Below, piece by piece: positions 36,386 to 48,555 of a DNA stretch of 64,000 nucleotides. A program made the translations under genes and the position numbers. The notes beneath the pieces are model-generated. The model saw only the letters and a list, made by a program, of their open reading frames with translations. It was not told where the DNA came from and did not search any database. This DNA is from Eimeria praecox. Its lineage: Eukaryota. The stretch covers positions 372,001 through 436,000 of the forward strand of contig OY986948.1 of the NCBI GenBank assembly GCA_963920595.1, in the 5' to 3' direction. Position 1 is the first letter of the stretch. Each line of letters begins with the position of its first letter.

Positions 36386-39300
36386 GTAGCCAGTCTGCTG
36401 CGCAGCGCACTCGGCAGCTGCTCCTTCTGTAGAAATGCAGCAACTTGAGAGAGGAGATCATTTGCCTCTGTGTTCACTTGGGCTGTCACGGACTGATACC
36501 TGCACAGTCCACCGCAGCACGTTTTTCTGCTGCTGCTGCTGCTGCTGCTGCTGTGCTGCTGCTGCTGCCTGAAAGTTACACTGACGAAGTGAGCTTGCAT
36601 GTAGGAAGCAGCAGCAGCACGCAGGAAGGCAGCAGCAGCAGCACGCAAGAAGGCAGCAGCAGCACGCAAGAAGGCAGCAGCAGCACGCAAGAAGGCAGCA
36701 GCAGCAGCAAGAGTAAGCAGCAATACAGCCACAGCAGCAACAGGAAGAGGTCCTGCACCGTCAGCAGCCACAAAGGCATCCTAGGGTGTACGTACAGCGC
36801 CTCATATTCGTCTGCCAGGGCACGGACCCCTGCGGGAAGCAAAGAGCTGAGCTGCTGCTCTGCGCGGCGGTTTGGCGGCAGCACCTGCTGCGCAGCAGCA
36901 ACAGCAGCACCCACAGCAGATACTTCATATTAGACGTCGCAGCAGTACGTACACCCGACACACCATACACAGACAGCATTCACGCACAAGCTCACTCGCT
37001 GCAGCAGCTGCATACAGAACAGCAGCAGCCGCTGCCGCTGCTGCTACCCTGCATGCAACAACAGTAGCGGCAGCAGAACTAGAAGCAAAAACTGCTGTAT
37101 CTGCAGTAGCCACAGCATTGAAAGATGCAGCGCATGCATCCAGATACGCAGGCCAGCATGGGGTCTAGCAGCAACGGCAGCAGCAACAGCAGCAGCAACA
37201 GCAACAGGAGCAGGTTGTTGCTGCAGCTCCCACCTGTAGAGAGACCTGAACTGTCCCTCGCAGACCCGAACTCTCCTCCAGGGGAGGAAGAGCAGAAACA
37301 GGGGGCACCGGCTCCATGTACACCTGACAGACACAGCAGCAGCAGAAGCAGCAGCACAACCAACAGCAGCAGCACGACTCGATACAGCGAGCGTTTGCCG
37401 CCCTTCTGTCTCGGGCGTTGCTCCTTCATATGGAGACACTGCCACGCACTGCTGCAGCTGCTGTGCTGCAGCAGCAGCGAGGCACACCACCAACAACAGC
37501 AGCAACAGAGACAGTAACAGCAGCAAAGCGATAAGTAGCAGAAGCAGCAGCGCCCACCAGCTGGTTGTCTCTCTTTGCTGTCTTGAGGAGAGAATCAACA
37601 GCAGCGCGAAGCTTTGACGTCTGCAGTCTCGGGGCCTCAGGGGTTCTGGCTGCTGCTGCTGCTGCTGCTGCTTCCGCCTTCGCCACAAACTCTGCTGCCA
37701 GCATCGTGCGAGCCACAAGCAGGCCGAAGCCTTCTCCTGCAGCAACACCCGCAGCAACAGCAACAGCAGCAGCAAGAACAGATACAACAGCTCCTGCTGA
37801 GGCAGCAGCAAAAGCAACAATACAAACACAGCAGCCAGCATCACCAACCTTCGGTCTCTGCGATGTGCTTCTGCTGCAGCGCGAGCTGCAGATGCGCGAT
37901 GGCTAAGAAACACAGCTCCTGAGATCTGCAGCAGAAGCAGCAGCAACAGCAGCAACAGCAGCAGATGTGTAGTTGTCAGATCAGTATGCTGCTGCTTGTG
38001 TCTTTGCACGGCAGGGGTTGCCTATGGCTTCAGCAACAGCAGCACAAGTAGCAGCAGCAATAGCAGCAGCAGGGGAGGCCAAAGCTTGCCTGCACCATCC
38101 CTCGAGCGCCACAGCCTCCGTCGCCTTGTTATTGCGCTGCAGTGCTGCAGCAACACAAGAAGCTCTATCAGCAGCACAATAATCTGCAGCAGCAGAGACC
38201 TAACCATAGTATTCTAGCGGAAGCAAAGAAAAGCAGCAGCAGCAGCAGCAACAACAGCAGCACCTGCTGCTGTTGCAATGAGCAAGACTAACATGGTAAG
38301 ATAGAGGACTCCGTGGGGAGCTTCTGCTGCACCTCTTGCAGCCCCTCAGCAGCAGCAGCAAAGAGAGTAGATGCATGCGCTGCCAGCTTTGACCGAAAAG
38401 GAAGACTCATGCTTTCTTTAGAGGCCACTTCATAACAAACAGACTGTGCCTGTGAACCGGCAGCAGCCGGAGCAGCAGCAGCAACAGCAGCAAAAACATG
38501 TATAGCAGCAGCAGTTAAGGAAAGGAAGATGTGTCTCAGGATATCTCTGTGGTTTTGTCTACCTACACACACAGCCGGGTACTGATGCTCCTATTGGTGC
38601 TGCTGCTGCTGCTGCTGCTGTTGTTGTTGCTTCTGTTGCTGCTGCTTTTGCTGCTTCTGGTGCTGCTCCTGCTGCTGCTGCTATTGCTGCTGTTATTGCT
38701 GCCGCTGCTGTGGCTGCTGTGGCGACTGCTAGCATGCTCGCGCCAGAAGTTGCACATGTTGCAGCTGAGGCTGCTTGAAGATGAGGTGTATGTACAGCTT
38801 CTGGCTGCAGTGTATGTACAGCTGTTTCACATTGCGTCTGAATTTACATGTGCGAGGGAGAAGGCAGCCGAGGCCTTCGCATCAGAATTCAGAGCTTGAC
38901 TAGAAGGAGACAGCGCCTGCGCGAGTCTGAAGAGGGAGGCAGCCTGAGCAGCAGCAGCAGCAGCAGCAGCATCAACAGCAGCATCAACAGCAGAAGCAAG
39001 GTCAAAGACAGGGCAGAAGCCACACGAGAGAAACAGAAAAGAGCCACAGGTCTTTCAAATATCGCCGCATGCAACACGAAGAGGAGACAGAGAAGATATA
39101 AAGACTAAGAGAGTAAGAGACAAAGCAAAGATGAAGAAAATAAAGAAGGAAGAACACAGTCCTGATAACGAGATACAAACCAGCAAAATAATTAAACAAA
39201 TGATATGAAGAGACACAAAACACATACGCTAGAGCGGAGACAGAGACAGGCGAAGACACCGAAGGAGACAGAGACAGAGACAGCAATAGAGACAGAGACA

Positions 39301-39507
39301 AAGACAGAAGCAGAGACAGAGACAGAGACAGCTGGTGCAATAGATAGAGAGAATTAAAGACAGAGAAGAGAGAGAAGAAAAGTAGGAGACAGTAGCAGAT
39401 ATAAAGAAGGAGACAAAGGCAGAAAAGGAGACAGCTAACGTACACCCAGGCAAAATATAACTCCTTTCCAATAATATATTTTAATACACGCACACACACA
39501 CGCACAC

Positions 39508-39548
<41 letters not shown>

Positions 39549-40888
39549 CAAACACAGATAAGATATAAAGACAAAGGAGAGAACTAGAGGAAGGAAGCAA
39601 CAAAGACAGACTTGAGAAAACCCTCGCACAGCCTCCTTATAGTGGCCTTCCTCTGCTCGTTGCAGCAGCACGGCTTTGTTGTGCTGCAGTGCTGCTAGGG
39701 CGCATATGCAGCAGCAGAGCTCCTCTTCCAGTGTACATACATTACGAATCCCTGCTTGGCCAGCCCCTTTCCCTCCCCACAGACTACTACTACTATTGTT
39801 GCTACTACTACTACTGCTGCTCCTGCTGCTGCTAGGGCAGACGAAAGAACTCAACCAAGGCAGCTGCAGCCGCAGCACAGAGCTAGAGGGCGAGCCACAG
39901 GGCTTTCCTGACAAACGAGAAGAGACAGCCCGAAGGAGGCTTCCATATGCTGTCAGACGAGCTGCTGCTTCTTCGGAGGCGCTCCTTGCTGAGAAGCAGC
40001 AGAAGCAGCAGCAGCGGGAGAAACAACAGCAAAAGCAGCAGCAACAAACAGCACAGCAGCAACAACAGAGAAAACGCTGAATGTCATCCCCTCTACGAAG
40101 GTAGTGAGTGCAGCAGGTCAGCCCACTCAAGCCTAGATCACAGCCTGCTTCCAGGGTTGCTGCTGCTGCTGCTGATGCTGCTGAAGCTGCTGCTCCTGCT
40201 GCTGCTGTTGCTGCTTACGAGTGAGGATAGCAACAACAGAGTCTCTCAGGCGCTGCAGCTCGGCAAAGACATGAGCAATCTCAGAGCACTGCAGCCATCC
40301 AAACTGCTCGCTGCACACACATAACAGCAGCAGCAGCAGCAGCAGCAGTTATATCTAAAAGAGACAAACAAGAAACAGCACACGAGCTGCATCGGACAAG
40401 CCCTGCTGCCGTCTGGGGGGTCGGGGGGTTCTTTAGGGGCCCCCCAGAGCCCATAGACGCAAACACTGATGGGGGGAGCTTAGGGGTAGAAAAACCTCTC
40501 GAAAGATGCCTGCAGCAGCTTGCTAGAACAGCAGCAGCAGCAGCAGCAGCAGGCGGCGTACCTGCAGTAAGCCTCAAGGGGCCCTATGAGCTGCCCTGGG
40601 AGAGGCACGCAGGAAGGAAGGCGCCGCATCGCATCGCCCCCTTACACGCAGACTGACGCAGTAGTAGCAGCTGCAGCAGCAGTAGTAGCAGCTGCAGCAA
40701 CCGCAGCACTAGCCGCTGAAGCAACTGCAGCACTAGCAGCTGCAGCAGCCGCAGCTGCAGCAGCCGTGGCTGCAGCAGCCACAGCTGCACCTACACCTGC
40801 TAACAGCAGCACACTCCTGGAACGCCCTTCCTGCACTTGCTGGTGAGTAGCTGTTGATACTTGTCCTTCTATTGTTGCTGATGTTGAC

Positions 40889-40937
<49 letters not shown>

Positions 40938-41127
40938 GGGGCCCCTGCGCATGGGCGCCTGTGGCTTCCGATGCTGCGCAGAAGTTTACGGAATGGTTGG
41001 CGCTCAGACAGCAGAGAGGAGTTGCAGCTGCAGGTATGTAGAGACTCCAGTGCAGTGTAGTGCAGGAACAAATATTGCTGCTGCCGTTGCTGCTGCTGTT
41101 GCTGCCGCCAGCGGTGTCTGCATTCAT
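33730..41127 (-). CDS. BRO1: BRO1-domain / ALIX-like ESCRT-III adaptor (multi-exon; exact start and several exon borders unresolved)
   Basis: Ordered minus-strand exon fragments follow ALIX/Bro1 architecture: FAELQRLRDSV (~40250); LTAYGSLLRAVSSRL...LPWLSSF...TLEEELCCCICALAALQHNKA...EEGHYKEAVRGFSQ (39960-39612); SQAQSVCYEVA...RSKLAAHASTLF (38455-38360); LSSLLPAGVRALADEYE (~36850-36800); V-domain end FDEQQQGIAFYSRLQGFL (~34650-34595); then a Pro/Ser-rich tail. Confidence 0.75.
36606..36708. repeat. 21-24 bp minisatellite (gcagcagcagcacgcaagaag)n, ~4 copies, in a BRO1 intron
   Basis: Direct tandem copies visible in the sequence. Confidence 0.85.
39235..39547. repeat. Intronic (GACAGA)n-like purine-rich repeat followed by an (AT)n microsatellite
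   Basis: gacagagacaga runs at 39235-39330; (AT)n at 39513-39547. Confidence 0.85.
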
Positions 41128-41295
41128 AAGGGGGCTCTGCCTGGCTCAAAATCTGCAGAGCACCTCAGAAAAAGTCGTTAAATGAAAATAAATTGTCAAA
41201 AGATGGAGAGGCTGCCATTTGAGTGGGCGCTGTGATCCAACCAGGGCCGACACGGTGGGGTCTGTGTTGGCAGCAGCAGCAGCAGCAGCAGCAGC

Positions 41296-41326
<31 letters not shown>

Positions 41327-41633
41327 TCGCTGCTATTGCTGCAGCAAAGTTTAAGCCCTTGCTACAATTGTTAGGTTTTTTTCTATCGTTAAATGCTTAT
41401 TACGACTCAAGAAATGCTTGTTATTGCTTTATGGTTGGCGCTTTCAGAGGAGCAGCAGCAGCAGCAGCAGCAGCAGTAGCAACAGTCACCGCCGGCTAGC
41501 CAACAGATGGGCCTAGCACAGAACGCCTCCTCAGTTTTGCTGCTAATATTCAGATAAGCTGCTGCAGGGGGAAACGCGCCTTTGAAAGAGGTGTTGGTGT
41601 TATTGCTAGATAAGCCCCACCCTCCAAGTGGCC

Positions 41634-41669
<36 letters not shown>

Positions 41670-42099
41670 CCAGCAGCAGCTGTCTCGCATCGAGACTGTC
41701 GCGGGAGCCTTCGCTTAACTGCGCCCACAGATATTATCTTCTTCCAGCTTCCTCAGCTCCTGCTTCTTGCAGCACCCAACAGCATCCGCATCCGCTGCTG
41801 TTGCTACTGTTGTTGCTGCTGCTGCTTCTGTACGGGTGGCCTTGCCACGGCCGCAGCAGCAGCAGCATCTGAGCAGCAGTGGCAGCAACAGCAGGTGAAG
41901 CACTGAACGCAGCGGCAGCAGAAGCAGCTGCAGCATGAGAGAGGCACATGCGTGCTCTCCACAAGACTGCGGGCAACATGAGCAACAGCAGCAGCAGCAG
42001 CGGCAATAGCAGCACACAGCAGCAATAGAAAAGGGGGAAACAGTCTACTATCCGTACTTTGTTGAAGAGTAAGACAGCGGACAAGCCTGTCTGTTGGAG

Positions 42100-42739
42100 A
42101 TGAGACGCATGAGCAGCAGCAGCAACAGCAGCAGCAACAGCAGCAGCAACAGCAGCAGCAACAGCAGCAGCAACAGCAGCAGCAGCGGCGATGACAGCGG
42201 GGAGGCGCTGGTATTAAGCAGCAGCAGCGGTGTCAGCAGCGATAGCACGAATAGCAACAGAAGCGACAACAGCAGCAAGAGCAGCAGCAAGAGCAAAAGC
42301 CCCGGGAGTATCAACGGAAGTCGCAGCAGCAATAGCAGCAGTATCAGCAGGAGCAGCAGCAACAGCCGCGACAGCAGCAGTAGCAGCAACAATTATACGG
42401 ACAGCAGTAGCGACAGAGGGGAAGAGGTTATTGCTGCTCCCCTGCTAAGCAGCAGCCGACACAGCAGTGGCTATAACAGCAGCAGAAACAGCAGCAGGAG
42501 CAGCAGCAGGAGTAGCAACAGGAGCAGCAGCAGGAGCAGCAACAGGAGCAGCAGCAGGAGCAGCAACAGGAGCAGTAGGAGGAGTAGCAACAGCAGGAGC
42601 AACAGCAACAGCAGCAACAGCAGCAGTATCAGCAGGGATAACGGTAGCGATGACAGCAGCAGCAGCAGAAACTCCATCAGCAGCCGACATTCTGATGACT
42701 CATTAGTGGGGAGGCAGAACGGAATTCCGGCGAACGAAG

Positions 42740-42770
<31 letters not shown>

Positions 42771-44127
42771 ACAGCAGCAGCAACTACTGCAGACCTTGCG
42801 AAGGCGTGGGGGCACTCGACGAGATTCGGGAGACAGTAGCAGAAGCAGCAGCAGAAGCAGCAACAGGTTTGTCGCGGACAGGAGCCCTGGTAGAAGCAGC
42901 ATCAGCAGCAGGAGCGACATCAGCAGCAGGAGCAGCATCAGAAGCAGGAGCAACATCAGCAGCAGGAGCAGTAGCAGCAGCATGAGCAGCAACAGCAGTA
43001 TGAGCGGAAGGCTAAGAGGGCCTATCTGGGCTGCAGGGGCAGCGGGTATGTCTGTGCCTCCCTTGTCAGAGTCTGCTGCTGCATCTGCTAGAGAAGCAGC
43101 AGCAGCAGCAGCAGCGGCAAACAAGCGCTCTGAGCAGCAGAATCTCTTGCTGCAGCGTGTGGAGTTCGATGACTTGCAACAAACCTTCGCCCGCAGTCGC
43201 TGCAGAGCCAGCGGCAGACGTTGCTGCTGCTGCTGCTGCTGTCTTGCCTGCACATGGAGACAACCCCCTCCGCTGCAGCAGCCCCAGCGTGCTGCAGCAG
43301 ATGCTGCTGCTGCTGCGTCCCGGGCCTCCACAAATGTCCTCGGCTCCACCAGCAGCGGCAGTACTAATAGTAATAGCAGTAGCAGCAGCAGCAGCTGGAG
43401 TGACGGCAGACAAGTGATGAAGACAGCGCGGGGGTGTCGCTGCTATTGTGGCTCTTGCTGCTGCCTCAGCAACAGCAGCAACGAAAACACTTGCGATGGC
43501 AGCAGCAACATTGGATGCTCCCGAGGCCGTCTAGAGGACCAGCTGCTTGCAGCAGGCATTTCGGGTGTCTGGTCTCAGTCCAGCAGCAGCAGCAGCGACA
43601 ACGGCGGCAGAGCTTTACCTGCAGGGGAGTTGGGTGGCGGTGCTCCTTACGTGGTGCAGCAGCTGTCGGCTGTGCACATGGGTCTACCGCTGCAGCAGCA
43701 GCAGCAGCTGCAGGCAACAGCAGCAGCAAATCTTGCAACAAGGTTCCGCGAGGACCCCCGCTTGCAAGCACGAGCTTTGTTAGAGCTGGGGGCAGCTTCA
43801 GGTGCTATTCCCACATTTGATTTGTTTCTAGACTACCGCAAGCCAAGTGGCCTGCAGCATCATCCTTTGCTGAACTCTGCTCTGCTGCTGCTGCAGCGGC
43901 TGCCGCACTTCGCGCTGCCGCTGTACGACCAGCTGCTGCTGCAGCAGGTATGCGAAGACTCTGCCCTCTACCCCCGGCTGCAAGGCCTTGAAGTCCCCTT
44001 TAGACTTCTAGCTCATGACCTTCTCTTCTTACTAGCTTACTCTTACCTGTCTGATCTGCCTCCCTGGAACAGGCCTCCCCTGAGGCTCCTCAGAATAACC
44101 GGCTTCCTGCTGCCCAGCGCACGTTTC

Positions 44128-44175
<48 letters not shown>

Positions 44176-45595
44176 GAACGGGAAGTCGATAGCAGTGAAG
44201 ATGAGACCGAGGATGACGAGTTCGGGGATGAATGGCCAACGAATGCAGCAGCAGCAGAAACCCCAACAGCAGCAGGAGCAACAGCAACGGATCTGGAGGC
44301 CCTGGATTTGGAGGGAGCGAGTCCTGAAGCAATGGAAGCGTTTCATCTTCAAGGTTTGGTGTTGTTTAATTTGCAGATGATTCTATCAGACTTTCAGCAT
44401 TCTCTGAGCAGCATAGAAGTCCTTTGTGATGGAGGACTTGACCTTGAAGATAACCCTTTTGCTGCGCTGCATCCCCTCACAGCTTTCCTGCAGCGGCAGG
44501 GCTTTGTCCTTCATAGCTTCAAATATAAACATGGCAGCAGCATTGTCTCTGCAAACAGCAACAGCAGCAGCAGCAGCAACACTAGTGGACTGCTGACGGC
44601 TTCCACCCTGCAGGCAGTGGAAAGAGAGCGGGGACCGCAGCAGCACCAGTGCAGCAATAGCAACGGCAACAGCAGCTACAATAACAGCAGCAACAATAAC
44701 GGCAGCAGCAGCAGCAGCGCTTTGGATGCCTTTATTGATGCATGCAGAAGGAAAGAGGGCCTGACTGCAAACAGGATACAGCAGATGCTGCAGCAGCAAG
44801 GGCGTCTGGGGACCCCGAGCGAAGAGTCGGCTTCGTGCCGCCCTGGTGCTGCAGCAGCAGCTGCTGCTGCTGCTGCGGCGGCGAGCAGCGGGGCCGCCCC
44901 TTGCACCTGCTGCCGCTGCCGGATAGGGGACCCTCTGGCAGAAGACGGAACAGCAGTGGCAAGTGCTGCTGCTGCTGCTGCAGCAGCAGCAGAAGAGGAT
45001 GAGACTTCAGACGATGAAAGCGACGATGCAGACGGAATGCTACGGAGCCACACCTTACCGCCAGACGCCTACTCAGAGAGTGCAGCCAGGGAACAAGGAA
45101 TTGGTTAGCTGCTTCTGCTGCTATTGCTGATGATGGCGTTGCTGCTGCTGCTGTTGCTCTTTCGTTACTGCTGCTCAATCGCGTAGTCAAGTGTCTTGTG
45201 TTGCTGCTGCAGGGGAGAAGCTTATTTCTGCGTTCAACTCTTTATTGAAGGCTCTGGACGGCGACAGCAAGAGAAGAAGGCAGCAGAAACATGACGGACG
45301 CCCCCGGGTGCGTATACACTCGGTGCTGTACGTGCGCGCTGGGCGAGATCCCACTGAGGCAGCAGCAGAAGCAGCAGCAGCAGCTGCTGCTGCTGCAGCT
45401 GCAGCAGCAGATGCAGAAGCTAATGAACGCAGGCAAATGCAGCAGGAGTACCAGCAGTGGCAGCTACAACAGCAGCAACAGCAGCAACAGCAACAACAAG
45501 AAGAACCAGAGGAGGGTGGGCTCTTATCTTTGCTGGTTGGGGACGGAGATGGGGGGGAGGATTCTCTTCTTGCCTTTGTAGAAGAATTCTACTGA
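42100..45595 (+). CDS. Ser/Gln/Ala-homopolymer-rich protein with a possible divergent FkbM-type (Methyltransf_21) SAM-methyltransferase core. Exons: 42100-45103, 45213-45595
   Basis: A 1000-codon ORF splices via G|GTTAGC...ctgcag|GG in phase 1 to a second exon. Non-repetitive islands LLELGAASG, PPLRLLRITG, EDNPFAALHPLTAFLQRQGFVLHSF and IHSVLYVR. The CDS is likely; the start codon and function are tentative. Confidence 0.65.
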
Positions 45596-48001
45596 GGCAA
45601 TAACAAATAAATAATGAATAAACAAGTAAGGAAGGCCGGCGGCTTTTATTAAGATGAATAGAACAAACAGAACGACAAACAGACCCTTAACTACTCGTAC
45701 TCCTGCTGCTCTTGGCTGCAAACCCCGGGCCTCAGTTGCAGCCAGACGACGCAAGGCGCAGCAGCAGCTGCTGCTGCCCCTGCTGCTGCTCCTACAGCCG
45801 CATGCACGCCTTCATTTCTGAATAGATTTTGGTTGTTTGCTGCGAAGGCTTGGCGGAGGGTAGACAGAGGAAGGAAGACAAGAAGAACTATCAGCTTCCA
45901 CTGGCTGTAGCTAGCTGTAGCCACTGTGACTAGCTATGGCTAGCTGTGGCAGGCAGCCCACGGGCCTACCTGTAGGATCTAGGGCCCCAAATTCCCCAAA
46001 CGGGGCTCGGGGAGAGATGGCCCGGGGGCTGTTTTGAAGACTAGCAGCCCTGGGAGAGGTTGAGGAGAGGTTGGCAGGGAGTTGAAAGGGGCGGTTCTTT
46101 AGAAGGAGAAGACATCGCTGCCGTTTCGTGCTGCAGAAGCCGCCTACAGCGGGGGCCCCTGGGGCTTCCTTACGATGGCCTCCGCCGTAGGCGGCTTCTG
46201 CAGCCAGAAAGCCCTTTTGAAGGGGCCCCCATTCCCCAAGCTCCTGCTTGAGAGGGTCCCATGGTTCCAGCAACAGGTTGCTACTTCTGGACTGTCATAC
46301 CGCAGCGGCCTAAAGGACCACCCCCCATCACGGAGGAGGCCTCAAGAAATTTGATTGACGGGAGGATCGTCTCCCTGGGGATCGTCTCCCTGAGGACAGC
46401 ATGAGGAGTTTGCAGCTTGCAGCTCTCAGAGGCGGTTAGCAATCGTCTGCACTTTGCTCAAATTGCTGGGGCTTAGCCCAAGATGAAGAAGAAATGAAGA
46501 AGGAAATGTGTGATTGGGGTTATTTTAGATAAAAGTTTAGATAAATGCCACCGCAGGTTTACTTTTAGAACTCTTAGACTCTGCTGCATATGCAGCAGAG
46601 GGGCCCTTGGGCCTCCCCTCCCCACACGAAGGGGGAGGCGGGGGAGGCGGGGGAGACGGGGGGCAGAGGCCCCTTGACACCCATCCCGAACTGTTGGTTT
46701 TTGTAGCTGCTTGCAGCTTTTAGGCTAAGGGCAACAGGAAGGCTTGCAGCCTCCCTTTACTCTATTCTGAATGGCCTCTCCAGTGCCTAGGTGCTGGATG
46801 GACAGCTCAAATATCTACTGGCACTTAGTGTATGTTAGATGCAGAGGGATGGATTTGTCTTCAAGGTTATATGGATTAAAATGAGTAGTTCGTTTTTGGT
46901 GTTTCGTAAGGTAAAAGAATATATGATATTTTGAATATTTAACAGAGCAAAATAAACATATTATTTACAGGATTCGTATGCTATGCACACACGGTGTTCA
47001 GCCTAGTACTAGAGGATACCACCTTCTCGGCGGGATCCGCTCTTTATTACTATTAAGAAATAATAACTATTATATTACAATATAGTGAATGACCAAGTAA
47101 TCATAGTACAGCTATAAAATTAGAATTTGAACGAGATATTAGAGTTGTATGCAGCAACAAACGGCCCGGGGTATCCATGTTTCTAAGCAAAGAACAACAT
47201 TTATCTTTATCATGCACACATCATATTGGGGCTTGATTCTTATGCTTGCATGCGGGGATGTTCTGCAGCGGGAGTTGCAGCAAGATGCCAGAGCCTATCT
47301 CCTCTCAGCCCCTGAGACTGCTGTGCTTAAGATGCCTGAATATTATGGGACTTATTAAATATGCTTCATGGAAATTATGTATAAGATACATTTATATATT
47401 TATGCTTTCCTGAAGTCGTTGTCGTTGTCGTTTCACTTTCCCTGGTCTTTGTCAGATATAAGCGAGAAACATATTGACTCTGTGGGGGCATTATATGCAT
47501 ATTACTAATAATATCAGGTATTCTACTTCACATGCGTATGTAGAGGGGAAGTAACACGCAGACTTTCCATAGTAATAATAAAACCGCTCCTACAGGGGGG
47601 TGTGCCTCGGTCCATTTAGGAGGCCTAGCTACCTTAATGATTAGGAAAGCCTATCCTTTACTTACTATTATTATTACTATAAATAATTATTCATAGTTAG
47701 GATAACAACGATACTAAGGGAACAAACAACAAACACGTGGAAGAGCCGCATCAGTCTGTCTGCTACTAACCAAGTCGATACAAATGTACGTTTATAGATA
47801 CCCCGCTGTTTGAAGGCGGCATTAGTCCAGCACAACAATTAACAAAAGATAAAGCATCATTTACAAACAGAGTTTTGTAATATATATATTATATATAATA
47901 TAATATATATATATATATATTTCCCTGAAATATTCATCTTTTTATTGGTTCAGACCCGGCCTCGGGTACAGGGCCCCAGCCCCATCTCGGGCCGCTCCTG
48001 C

Positions 48002-48009
48002 TGCATGCA
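48002..48009. promoter_or_regulatory. TGCATGCA palindrome (known coccidian over-represented / ApiAP2-type motif) ~550 bp upstream of the cyclophilin ATG
   Basis: Exact match. It also occurs at 5956, 36243, 37050, 44739 and 61860, including inside coding DNA, so a regulatory role at this site is unproven. Confidence 0.3.
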
Positions 48010-48555
48010 CAGCCCCCGTAGATTTGGTTTTTAATCCTATGTTTGCACTTAAAATTTAAATATATTATATATTTAATTTATTTCTGTTTCCTCTGTACCG
48101 GCAACTCCTCCCTTCACCGCCTCAGCGCCCTCCTGGCCTTCCAGTTCCCTTGCTCTTTGTAGTTTCAAGCGCTTGTTCATTTGGTTTGTTTGTTTGTTTG
48201 TTTTCTGGGGGTTGTTGCTCGGCCTGCTCCTTCTCCTTTTTGAGGGCTCGCCTTTGTTGGCAGCTCGCAAGGACACTGCACAGACCTCCATAGCAGGGCC
48301 GTAAATAAGGCCCTAAGGCCTGAGGAGAGGAGGCAGGGTAGGCCCAAGGCAAACAAAAGACAGACAGACAAACTTAACTGGGAGACAACAAAGAAGACTT
48401 GAAAAACAGCAGTTGAGACTCCAGAGGGAGCCATAGGCCGTAGCAGCAGGCGGCGCGTCTGCTGGGGAAGCAACAGAACACGAAGAAGAACAAGAGGAAA
48501 GAAGAAGAAGAACAAGAAGAAAAACAAGAAGAACAAGAATAAGAACAAAGAGAAG

